Origin: Bugula neritina
Taxonomy: Eukaryota; Animalia; Bryozoa
Length of the DNA stretch: 64,000 nt
Reading direction: 5' to 3'
NCBI GenBank assembly: GCA_964035545.1
Contig: OZ037766.1
Span: 5,508,722 to 5,572,721 of the forward strand
Positions 26,604-38,545 of this stretch are shown piece by piece. Each line of letters opens with the position of its first letter. Position 1 is the stretch's first letter. The notes beneath the pieces are model-generated. The model had not been told where the DNA came from. It made no database searches and saw only the letters and a program-made list of their open reading frames with translations. A program made the translations under genes and the position numbers.

Positions 26604-29600
26604 ATGTTTCACAGAGGTACGTGAACTGCTATAGTACAATAATTCATTAGTCTAGCCTTTAGCAAATGGTTGCAGTGATCAACAGTATGAAACTCAAAAA
26701 TTCACAGATTTTATTCAAACTTATTTTGTAGTCCTGAGTTAATTCATAGTTGAATTCTTTTTAGATTTGAAGAGCTTTCTTTGCTTGTTCCACTTTTTCC
26801 TTTCTGTCACATATTTGAAACAGGTAAGAAATTTAGACTAAGTTATTTATATCTGTGTGAAAGTGTATGATGCTAAGCAGTTTATAGATAGACTATCATC
26901 AGTAGGCTACTGGTGTGTTGTGTGGAAAAAGCTGACCAGGTGTGGTAGTGGTGAAACTGAGATGGCCTAAGTTCTTCAATTTTCTTAATTAAAATTTTGT
27001 CTGAAGTGCAAGTTGAAATTCTTGTGAGAACATAACATATTGTTACATTTCTAATCTAGAAAACAGGCTTTCCTCAATCTCTCAATTACTGCACCTGCCT
27101 CAAAAGTTGAGCTGTTAATAAACTGCACTTCAGTTTTGAAAAGTATGCAAGGAAAATATGTACTCTTAAGCGTTAATTAGTTTCAATATTTTAGGAATCT
27201 ATATATTGCATTAAGTCACAGATATATTAGCAGTTATAGTGAATTTTGGAGCTTTTAACTTAGCTTCATGATCCTGACAAAAGTACATGGTGTTAGCATA
27301 GCGTCTCCGTGAGCCTTGGGGTATAAGCTAATGATAAAAGTAACACAGTTTTTTGTATGATTTAGATCTCTGCTGAAAACTGTTTAGCTGAGAAATACAC
27401 TGTAGTGTCTGGACACACAGCTTGTCTAACAAAGTCACCCAATGCTCTGACTGCAGGGGGTATGTAAGCTATTCTTGTGATACTCTTGCACCTGTATTAT
27501 TTGTAATGAAGGGAAAACATTCATGCATGACAACTGAAATTATGGAAACCTTCATTCTAGTTTTCAAAGGTTCAATTTCTTCAAACGATATCAAACAGTA
27601 GGATGTGAATTTTTGTAAAATTTGGAAGGTTATTTGATGGCATTTTGCCCAGGTGCCTGTTTTATATTGCATTGCATCAACATATTAATATTTTGTTTTT
27701 ATCAAAAGTGAATTTCATTAAATAATTAAAAAATTCACTGTAAATTAAAAAAATATTTTAATTTAGCTGATACAAGGCACTATATAGATTGTAATCTTGG
27801 TGGCATGTTGTTTAGCAGCTTCATATTTTGTGATCAAATGCAATTTTCAAGTATTTGATAAGATAAATTATTTAATATATTCAAACTTGGTAGCCTTTTG
27901 CTGCAGGAGTCAGCGACGTAGATTCTAAGGCAATTGTCGATCAGCATAATGCACTGAGGGCGACGATAACCGATGCTGCGAATATGCAGAAAATGGTGAG
28001 TGGGAGGATGACTCTAAATACATTCAATAATATTTTTTATTCTGGTCAGTTTCTATATGTTTGACATTACTGTAAGTACACTGTACACATATTACTGTAA
28101 GTACACTGTACACATAGCACTGTAAGTACACTGTACACATATATTACTGTAAGTACACTCTGCACACATATTACTGTAAGTACACTGTACACACATGTTA
28201 CTGTAAGTACACTGTACACACATATTACTGTAAGTACACTGTACACATATATTATTACTGTAAGTACACTGTACACACATGTTACTGTAAGTAGGCTGAA
28301 CTTCCATAATATATTTTTCTAAAATAATGTCCAAAAGTTAAGCACGTTCCAGTATGTCGTTCAGTCTCTCACAATTAAATGTTGGCTGCTTAATAAACAA
28401 TATTTTAATTATAATTAAACTAATACCCCAAAAGCTACATTTTTACAATGACAATATTTTATATCTCATTTCTTGCTGTGTTAATGGTTATAAGTATATT
28501 TTTATTCACTTGACATGGAGAAAATGTCATAGAAGTTCAATGTGGGACCGAAGCGTTTTCCACTTGTTACATTTTTTCCACAATTTACTTTATCTAATGT
28601 ACACATTTAGTGTATAGTCATTATATTGTTTGAGTGTCACTAGTGGGAGTTTCTATCACTGCTGACTCACTAGTTGACATCAACTCGTTGATAACTTCTA
28701 AAAGTTGTTGAGCTTATCAATCTGTTTGATATACACTTTCGAACTAGGCCCTAGTTTATAGCAAACTGGCTATACATGAATAATACATCTTGACTCATCA
28801 ACTGACTCGACTTATAGCTATATTTTTGCTGTGTCAGGTATGGGATGACGAGCTAGCTGCTGTTGCGCAGAAATGGGCAGATAATTGCGACTTCAAGCAC
28901 GATGACCACCGGGTTATACCTGGCAGGTAGGTTTCAGCCGCACTTTTGCGTTAAAATTTATAGCCACAAAGTATTATTTGCACCAAAATGATGAAAAGTT
29001 TTATGCTGTGTCTTGAAATAAAACATTAAAATGTCATGACAAATTATAGTCAAAGCTTCCGCAGTACCTATCTGATCGCATGAGAACAATAAATATGAAA
29101 TACAAGTCAGTAAGGCAGCTGAACTGCTTTTATCTTCTATGAACGATTTAGGTATAATATTTGTTATATGAACTCGTAGCATAGTCCTTATTTTAGCTGA
29201 TTTTTCACCAAGACAGATTCAAAGTTTTACAGTTACTTTCTGAACTAGACAGAAATATTTTATTTAGTAACCGAATTTGAAAATTCTCACCTGTCTTTGT
29301 ACTTGAATGTAATGGTTAACTTTGCCGCAGATTGTAGTAATTTAACTTTGCTGCAGATTTTTTAATGCTGGTCAAAATCTTGCCGGAGGTCAGAGTACGT
29401 GGGATGAAGCAATGCTGCGCTGGTTTAATGAAGGTGGAAATTTCCTCCACTCAGATCCTTTTATGAGACTCGAAGATGTTGGCCATTTCACTCAGGTGTC
29501 TGTTATATTGTATTATTATATTGTATTATTATATTTTATTGTTACATTGTATTGTTATATTGCATTATTATATCAATATACTGCATTATTATATTGTGTT

Positions 29601-30510
29601 ATTATATTGTGTTATTATATTGTATTATTATATCAGTATATTGTATTATTATATTGTATTAGTATTTTATTATATTATTATTGTTGGTATCATGTTTTTA
29701 TTTTATTGTGTGTAGTTACTGCAAGCTAGCTAAAATCTTTAAGCATTTCTCTTTATTTATGTGAGTAATAGTGAAATGAATGTATGTACCTACACATACG
29801 TACGCACGCACACACACATTATATAGAGAACTATTCTTAAGTCAAAATATGGATCCAAAGAGTTCCAAATCAGTCAGGCGTATGAGAAATTTATAAAAAA
29901 TCATGCTATTTGGATATTCAGTAACATCCAGTTATGCTATGTATACTCTATATTGAAGATGGTTTGGGCAACCAGTAGTAAGATTGGGTGTGGATACCAG
30001 AAATGCTCCAACATTCGAGGCAACCATTTCTATGTCTGTAACTATGGACCAAGGTGAGCTGATGGTGTGCCCAGAACTGGTTTTATAGCAACCCACTCTA
30101 GTTTAGAAAATGCTATTTTGAAACTATATTAGGCATATAATATGGATATATTGATTTGTAGTGGAAATACTGATATTTCTAAACCATACATCAAACACTC
30201 TACAACATGTTCAGATTGTCCTGGAAAATGCATTACAAGTGGCAAACACGCTGGACTTTGTGGTAGGTTTATCATAATATTTTTTGCCACAACTCCGTGA
30301 AATGACTTCAACTTTAATGCGCATAATGTAGAGGAGTGTAATGTAGGGCCTCCATAGATTAGTGCTGTTAATGTGTTTATTGCTGAGTTTATATTTCATA
30401 TTGTAAGAATTCGTGTTATTGTATTTCCATCATGATATTAATGGTTACTGGTAACTTTTTCCTTCTCTTTACACACACAAGCACGCACGCACGCACACAC
30501 ACACACACAC

Positions 30511-30554
<44 letters not shown>

Positions 30555-32991
30555 TCGCACTCACGCACTCACGCACCCATAATCACAACTACTACTTCTT
30601 TTCTACTACTTAAAATGCCTTCTAACACAATCTCTGTCATTTTAGATTGCAATGGACTGACATGTTATAACAGTGGAACTTTGAATTTGACGACGTGCAC
30701 ATGTACATGTTTACAGCCCTTCCACAAACTCTCGGAGGACTGTGCATGTGAGTTGACAAGGTGTTGCATGTACTTCTAGTTGTTACATTTGAGTTGGCAA
30801 GGTGTCACATGTACTTCTAGTTGTTACATGTGAGTTGGCAAGGTGTCACATGTACTTCTCGTTGTTACATGTGAGTTGGCAAGGTGTCACATGTACTTCT
30901 AGTTGTTACATGTGAGTTGGCAAGGTGTCACATGTACTTCTAGTTGTTACATGTGAGTTGACAAGGTGTCACATGTACTTCTAGTTGTTACATGTGAGTT
31001 TGCAAGGTGGCACATGTACTTCTAATTGTTACATGTGAGTTGGCAAGGTGTCACATGTACTTCTAGTTGTTACTATGCAAACGTGTTGATGTGTCACCTC
31101 ATGATTACTCTGTAAAACGAGCTGTAGCTAACCCTAATTACTATGCTATGAGGGTCTGTAGTATGTTAGGAGGGGGGGGGTAACTCTATAAGTCTGAAAA
31201 ATGAAAATATTTTTTCTGTGAATGCAATTTTTATGATTGATGGCTAGTAAAAAGTTTTTCAAATTAATCAAATTTCTTCACCATTCACAAAATTTTACCA
31301 ACTCACTTCACCAGTTGACTCTATAGTCACTAACTTGCCACACCAAAGTAGGAAAGTCTGAAAACGTCGTAGTCTGGCCCAGTTGACTGTCATTCAGCCA
31401 TGGTGTACTGATATTTCTGTCAGTCAAATTAAAATTTTTTGTTGTACTTTTACAAAACTTTTCATAATTATTGAATAGTGTTTTAGTTGATTGTAAAACA
31501 CATTTACAAATTCACACAATCATCTAAAATTTTCAATGAGAATAAAATTTCTGATTTCATTGTATCTTAAAAAAATAAGAAACATTTGTTTTGTTTTTTT
31601 GGTTGTAGTTCTTATATATCTTTGGTCACCAAATTTTGCCTCAATTATTTACTAAATTTTCAAATGTTTTTCTTTCATTAATGATAAATGTTCACGAGAC
31701 ATATTTCTATATAATTGAAACATTACACTTTGTGTTGTAAAGTTTTAGTCTGTTTTATAGTGGATTGTGAGAACACTCAGGATCATTCTAGCTGTGGATC
31801 ACCTCCTTTTGATAAATGTGAAAGTAATACCCCAGACTACTGCCCTCACATGTGTGACCACTGCCCTTGTAAGTTCTAAGTCTACAAGTCCCCTGTTGCT
31901 GTTTGTATCTTGTGCGTGTAAAGCTTCTGTTATCTAGCTTTAGGAATTGTCGTACCTGATAGCTGTTCAGTTTCTTCTCTGATGTAAAAGTATGCTATAA
32001 TTGATATTGGAAATGTTATTGTGTAGAACTTTTTAGTAGTAGGTTAAGAAGATTTATGGTCACTGCTATCAAATCACCTGTGTGCACTTGCTGGCTTCAA
32101 TACAAATTTATATCGTGACAAGGTATAATAGTAACTTACTTTAGACAAAAATTTTCATAGAAAGGTAGTGTGTTTAATACTGGAGTTTTTTCTTCAATAT
32201 TATCTTGTAAATTGTCAGTTTTTGCAACTTCTGCAAAATTTGTAAAAACCATAACATTCAAATCTGTAGTGAAGGTCATATTACCTAGGCTGTTCCTTTG
32301 TGAGAAACTGTTGAATGCTTAGATTACTGCTCTTACTTGTTGTTGAGATTTATAAAGTCTACTTGACAGTGTAAACTCACAATCTTATCATAATAAATCT
32401 TAAAAGCATTAGCCTAATCATGATAACACAACTCAGCAAATTTCGCGTATCAACTGTGGAACTTTTATCACTTGTGCAAGTAACATATGCCCCATCTGGT
32501 GTACAATAGAGGACAACTCTCAGTAAAATATTGTCATCTTGCCAAAGTAAAGTGTTTCATAATTTTGAGCACAAGCAAACTTTCAAGAAACTAAAAATAT
32601 AGAAGAAAAGCGATATGTTACATCTTATATGTATGTTTTTAACAGCCTATATGATTAAACAATATAACTTTAGTACTGCAACATATCTACTGTATTATAA
32701 ATGTCTGAAAAAAATAAACCAACAGAATTAAAGTTTCCCACTCAGTTTCACTTCTATGTTATCAAGTTTAGGTGTATTTTTAAAGTTATCTTCTGATTAA
32801 GCTACTGATCAACGCTACCTTTACTCATGCATGTTCACACTTGAATAGTTTTACAACCCCAAATTTTTGTTTTAGATGGTGCTTACAATTATGTTGAGAA
32901 AGACTCACCAAATGAGACGTCTGCAGTTATGCCCTCTTCTTTACTTGGTTTGCTGGCTGGAGTGATGCTTCTGCTGAGAAGACAACTCTAA
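26604..32991 (+). CDS. CAP/SCP (CRISP, GLIPR1-like) secreted cysteine-rich protein with EGF-like and ShKT-like domains and a hydrophobic C-terminus
   Basis: 11 exons (approx. 26604-26616, 26765-26823, 27366-27459, 27907-27995, 28838-28926, 29358-29495, 29959-30053, 30162-30262, 30646-30747, 31761-31868, 32876-32991). CAP motifs HNALR, AANMQKMVWDDELA, GQNL, GHFTQMVWA, IGCG, YVCNYGP; then CYNSGTLNLTTCTCTC, YCPHMCDHC and SLLGLLAGVMLLLRRQL*. Confidence 0.9.
26938..27096 (+). mobile_element. MITE family B (~160 bp)
   Basis: Imperfect TIRs aggtgtggtagtgg ... caattactgcacct; homologous to 55065-55224, 54678-54808 (inverted) and a fragment at 21718-21763. Confidence 0.7.
28066..28292 (+). repeat. 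24-29-bp minisatellite (tactgtaagtacactgtacacacata)
   Basis: About nine units, each with sense-strand GTAAGT, starting ~70 nt after the donor at 27996. Confidence 0.9.
29497..29690. repeat. AT-rich ~15-bp degenerate repeat directly after a donor
   Basis: tattgtattattata units. Confidence 0.8.
30471..30575. repeat. (CA)n/(CACG)n microsatellite
   Basis: Direct reading. Confidence 0.9.
30745..31073 (+). repeat. 41-bp minisatellite x8 beginning at a splice donor
   Basis: Unit gtgagttggcaaggtgtcacatgtacttctagttgttacat; the first GTGAGT (30748) is the donor of the EGF-like exon. Confidence 0.92.
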
Positions 32992-33980
32992 ATATTTATA
33001 GTAGAATATATTAATAAACCAAGAAGGAGCACTGCTCTGCTAGTTTCTAAAGCCTCTATATTTTTATATAAACTCTCTGCATGTACTAAGTTCCTGCAGA
33101 TCTGCAAAAAATTGATATATTTCAATTCATTTCAAACTATGACAGCTGCTTTTATATGCAACTAAAGTTAAAAACATTGTTATAACTGATCATTGATAAG
33201 TGATGAAATATTTCTGCATTTGTGTTTCACTCAGTTACCAAATAGAAATAGGAAAATAATAAAAACTCACATAGGTTTATATCCTGTGAGAACCCCTTAT
33301 GAAATTGTTTTTAAAGCAGCTAAAGGGCTTGTTTTCTCTTGTGGTAAAGGAACAAATATGACTGAATGCCCTTCCTAACATCACCAATGGCATTTACTGG
33401 AGGTGGAACCACTGACCTCTTATTTACTAACCACCAGAACACTGAAAAGAGGGGAAATAATGTAATGCAGAACTCATAATGGCAGGAGCTGATTGAGATA
33501 TAATTACTACTGGTTGATTAGTAAAGATCATAGCCCTCGTGTGAATGGATGTAATAATCAAGCAATACTACAATATTGAAACATTCAGCTATACATGTTA
33601 TTCATTACGTTGTGGAATTCCTTCAAGTAATATGTTATAAGTTAAAGTAATGAAGCATAATAAGGCTATTATCACAAACAGGTGCTCACTTGTTTTGAAG
33701 TGCAAGGCATTGTGTTAGCCAATGAGTGAGCCGAGGACATACCACGGTATGAGCATTGTAGTGTGACCACGACATGTTGCTCACTTGTATGTGGTGTACC
33801 AAACAACCTCAAATATTTCTCTAGGATTGTCAGTTTTATTTGTGTTGCACCCTCTCTATTCACATAGTAATTTTACAAAGTACTTTACAATAACATGCTA
33901 GACAGGCTTTCACACCGTCCATTTGTGTGAAGAAGCTCAGTTGACTAAAACTTGAGAGTTGAGAAAGAAAAGCTGCTCAC

Positions 33981-36945
33981 ATGAAAGGCAAGAGGTTATC
34001 TACCAAAGAAAAGCTTGGGATTGCTTTGTTAGGAATAAGTTTATGGATACAAGTCATAGCTTTAGGGTTTGCTGTCGGATTTGATTTATGGATTAGTAAG
34101 TCAGCAGCCTCGGGAGACAGCGTCTGGCTAATCGGATTATGGAGAGTCTGTCAGCGATTAGCTGGAGAAAGTATGTTTTTTTCTATTTTCAGATTTTTAT
34201 GTATTATTTTATTTTTATTAATGGAAAAAATATAATGTTTTTGAAAAAGCCTGTGTAAGGCTATATTGTGGTCATTTACTTTTAAGACAGCCAGTTGCTA
34301 GCAGTGCTTGTAACAGAGTTCATACGAAAGTGTAACAATACATATAAACTCTTAAAGAGAAGGTTGGGTAAAGTTTACTATGGATTGTATGTGTACATGT
34401 TTATGCTTGTTTTCATCACAGATCCCTCAAAAACTAAAAATGCTTTCACTTATAGCTATTATTTATTCAAATAAATAGTTGTAACTTTTGAATGTTATGC
34501 AAAATATGTTTCAAAAAGCATTAAAAATAGCACTTGCTCAGTTGGATGTAAACCAAGTATGAATAATTCACAGGAAAGCTTGTTTGTAGAAATATTTTTG
34601 AATAATTAATTTCATAGCAGTTTTGTAATATAATTCTCAAACTAGCTATTAGTATCTAAACATTGAGAACAATTCAAAGGGTTAATAACTTTAGGGCGTG
34701 CAATATAATAATAAACTGTAGCTCAAATTGTACTTATTTATGCTTGTAATAGATCAGCTCTACTGTGTTTTATATTAGTCACCTCAAGGAGTGTCGCTCA
34801 CTAAATTAAAGAGTTGTATTGACAAGTTATGATGCCAAACATGTATTGCTAAAATTATCTTTTTTTTAAAACATGGCATTAGGCCGATATAATTCATTTG
34901 TTTAACAACTTTTAGATGTGACGGGCTGAAGCCTTTAAAGACACACTAAGATTAATAGTAACATATACTGTTCTGTAAAGTGGCAGATTTCTATATAGAG
35001 TTGTTTATATGTCCTAACTTGTGACACAAGTTGATAGTTTAGAAACTAGCCGTTCATATTTGCAACTTAAAACTATGTTTAGTTACTGAATAGTTCATCG
35101 GATTCAAAGATTCAGCCCTATGGGAAGTTTTAGGGACTTTCAGTGTTGGCATGTCATCTATACTGTTAAACATATTCAACTTTGTAGATCCACTTTAAAA
35201 TTTTAAAACTTGCCAAGTGACGTGGTAAAAGTTCCAACAAAATAGTTTTTTGCATAATTGTAACATTTACTAACTCCTGGTTATATTACATTATATTCTT
35301 TACCAACTCTTAGTTGTATTATAATTTATTTTCATTGAATTAACAGAAATTTATTGGCTCGGCCTCCAGAACTGTACGGTGATTACAGACTCTGAAGAAA
35401 TCTCTAAACTAAGTGCAGAAGGCAACTGGAGTTCAGGTAGTTCAGTCACTAACTGTCTTCATAAATATTTTTGCGTACATGCAGCCTAACAGCACCATAT
35501 ATAGAACAATCATTTGGATGTATAAATTACATCTAATAATTGGTAACAGTCATTTATAAACACAGACACTTCAACATTTTCAAACTAATCTATCAACATA
35601 TAACTTAAAATACATCCAGAAAGGTGTACCTAGTTAGTTACCTTTAAAAATTAATTTAAGCTCAATATTATTTCGAAACATGTTTGAAGCTGGTTATAAA
35701 TCTATTAAAATGTTGCATCCACTTTATTTTATATAACTTCCCCAATACTACTGCATATGAACACTGCAGCACAACTCCTTCGGCCAATCGTGCTTTCTAT
35801 AGTTTTTAATGGAGCTTTTCTATGTTTGAGGCAAACCAAGTATCACCATAAATCTTCTGACTGCATCTATTTCTTGACCTTTCATGCAATCAACATGTTA
35901 TATGCAGCTGCAGACAAGCACCCTACTGAGTATTTTGACATGCGTTTATAACAACTAGTAAAACAGTTCTACATTTTACAAAGGTTCTTGTATTTTTGTG
36001 TGTGCTTCTTTAAACTCACTTCTGTACTATTTTGCACATTTTGAGTAAATAAACTGCATGATGAACTTTGCAAATAAATGTGTTTATTATTTCTGTAGGT
36101 TTGGAGCTGCTCTCACTGGTGTTCATAGGGATTGCAGGTGCCATGACAATTCTTTCTCATATATTTTTTCTATGTGGATATATTCCTAAAATCTGCTGTA
36201 AGACGTGTGGTAAAGCTAGTCTGCCCGCTGTCCTCTTTTCTTCAGGTAAATCCAATCATTGAAGTCTCTTATTAAGGAATATTTATAGCTTATATGAAGA
36301 GCAATATGTTTACTTGTGTCAACTGACATTATTCGATTTTTTTTTTGAAAAATAGTTGTGTGTGTGTGTGCGTGTGTGTGTGCGTGTGTGCGTGCGTGCG
36401 TGCGTGTGTTTTATTTCATCATAATATAGTGTTTTACAACTAGCATAAGTTACAAGAGCAGACAAGCAGAAAGGAAACATATAGTAACAAATAACAGTAT
36501 ATAAAAATAAAGCTGTCGGAAGTGACGATGAGGCCCAGTGCGAAATAGCATGGCACGGGCCCAAAATGAAATCAATTTGCTTGTGTTTGCATTTTCTTCA
36601 GCTCTTAGCTAATTGCTAATGCCTTTAGATTATTACAAATGGCTAAATTTTGTAAACAAATATTTTGGAGTTATCTACCCAAAAAGTATATTTCAACTAA
36701 GAAAAGACAACTACTCTGTTATGCCCCACCCACTGTCTATTTCATACATGTTGCTTAGCAATTATTTTAAGCAATTCGAACTTTTTATTTTAGGCGCTGC
36801 CCAAATTTGCTGTTTAGTCAGCATTTATTTTATGGCTGACCAAGAAGGAGAATTTGGGCTAAGTTATTATTTAACAGCAGCAAACCTGTTACCTACTTGG
36901 CTATCAGCTGTGGCCACAGCAGTGGTGACATGTATAGTCAACTAA
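33981..36945 (+). CDS. claudin/PMP22/EMP-superfamily tetraspan protein 1
   Basis: Exons 33981-34170, 35348-35437, 36099-36245, 36794-36945; four hydrophobic segments, W...GLWRVC in loop 1 and FGLSYYL before TM4. Confidence 0.8.
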
Positions 36946-38545
36946 CCAGACGATGGTTGCTGCTCCAACTGCATCAGAAGTCTATGTGGAGATGATCACA
37001 AAAATATTCATTAATGTTTTGTACTACTTTCTTTAACTATATTTTTAATGTATTTATGAAGAAAATAAATGCCATATATATTTGTATTATAAAGCATGTG
37101 TTTATACTACATTTCAACATCATAAATTGTTAATAATTATTTTATTGATATTTACAAGTTTTTCCAAAACGAAAGAAACATTATTACAAATTTTTGATCT
37201 TCTACTACAAAAGCAGTTCGAGCACAGTAAACTTATTTCAGCTCACTTCGCCATGTGCCAATAGCATCCACTGTTTGACTACTATTTGACTGGTTATTGA
37301 AATAGCAATTGTGACCCAGTTAAACAAACCAGTATTGTGGAATTTGACTGGAATCTTTGTAAGGTGATTGCAAAGCTCTGCTATTCATTGTTTGTCTTTG
37401 CCAGAGTAAATGCCAACGATTGTGTACAAATATTCATATTCAATGCTTGTTCTTGTTTTTGGAACAATATATATTGTGGTTGGCTGAATTAGCATATTTC
37501 TCTGCAACTGTGAACATAGTTCAGGGGTGGGGGTATTGATTGTTCCAGCAACTCACATTACTGAAAGATTAAATCAAATAGATATAGTATTATTTTACAT
37601 TACTGCCTTTATAGTTATAGCCTGCATTATTGATGTGTAATGATATACATCGGTTGTAGTGGCACTAGTGGGTTTGTATGACTTGAATTCATGCGTAGTA
37701 TATTCACCTTTTCGCCACAACATTGAATGCAACTAGACTAGTTGAATACACAAGTCGTTGGAAAAAGGAGTGTAACTGAATAGTGTGCTCTTTATTGAGT
37801 TATTGGATATATTTTATATTGATACATTTTCCTCAGGTAAGTTTTAATTCGAACTTTTCTGTTTTCAGTTTCTTTTTGTGTAAATCTACTGTTCTTATAT
37901 TTAATGAAAGGGTAGATAGAATTTAAAAACTTGCCTTACAAGCTCTGTTTTGGTTGTCAAGGGACAAACTCGTAGCACGGCATCTGGCATGACGGAGACC
38001 TGAATAAATACAAATTTTTTATTCTAAATTGATAAAAAAAAGTGCCACACACAAATGAGAGCTCAATTTCGTTGGTATGCATCATATCATATTACTGATA
38101 ACATCAAGTGACAATTGTGTTGATATAACATCTCACATATATAATATATTGGAATTAAAAGAATATATTGAGCAATAAAATAGCAGTTGAAACTGAGTAA
38201 TATTTCCTTCTTCTGTTGGCATCCATAGCCCATGTGACTCACAAACTTAATTGATATCACCATACTCATTATGCTGTTATATTGAAATTTGGCAGACCTT
38301 GAACCTATAGAGGCACTTGTTGCTATGGCAACAAACCAATAAATCATTGGCTCATAACCAAATATCTAAAATATGTAAGTAAGGAGCCGTTTATTTAGAT
38401 TTACACTCATTTCTACCAGATAAGGATGATACTGAGTTTCAAGTACTATACATCTGCTCGGCGTAGCTAGAGTTGTAGATAACATAATACGATATTCAAA
38501 CCCTATTAGTTTGATTTTGTGACTAAACACAGAGAAAACTTAGAT

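Noticed and set aside
30745-31073. CRISPR-like array
   Set aside because: Contiguous units without unique spacers, in a eukaryotic intron, with no cas genes.
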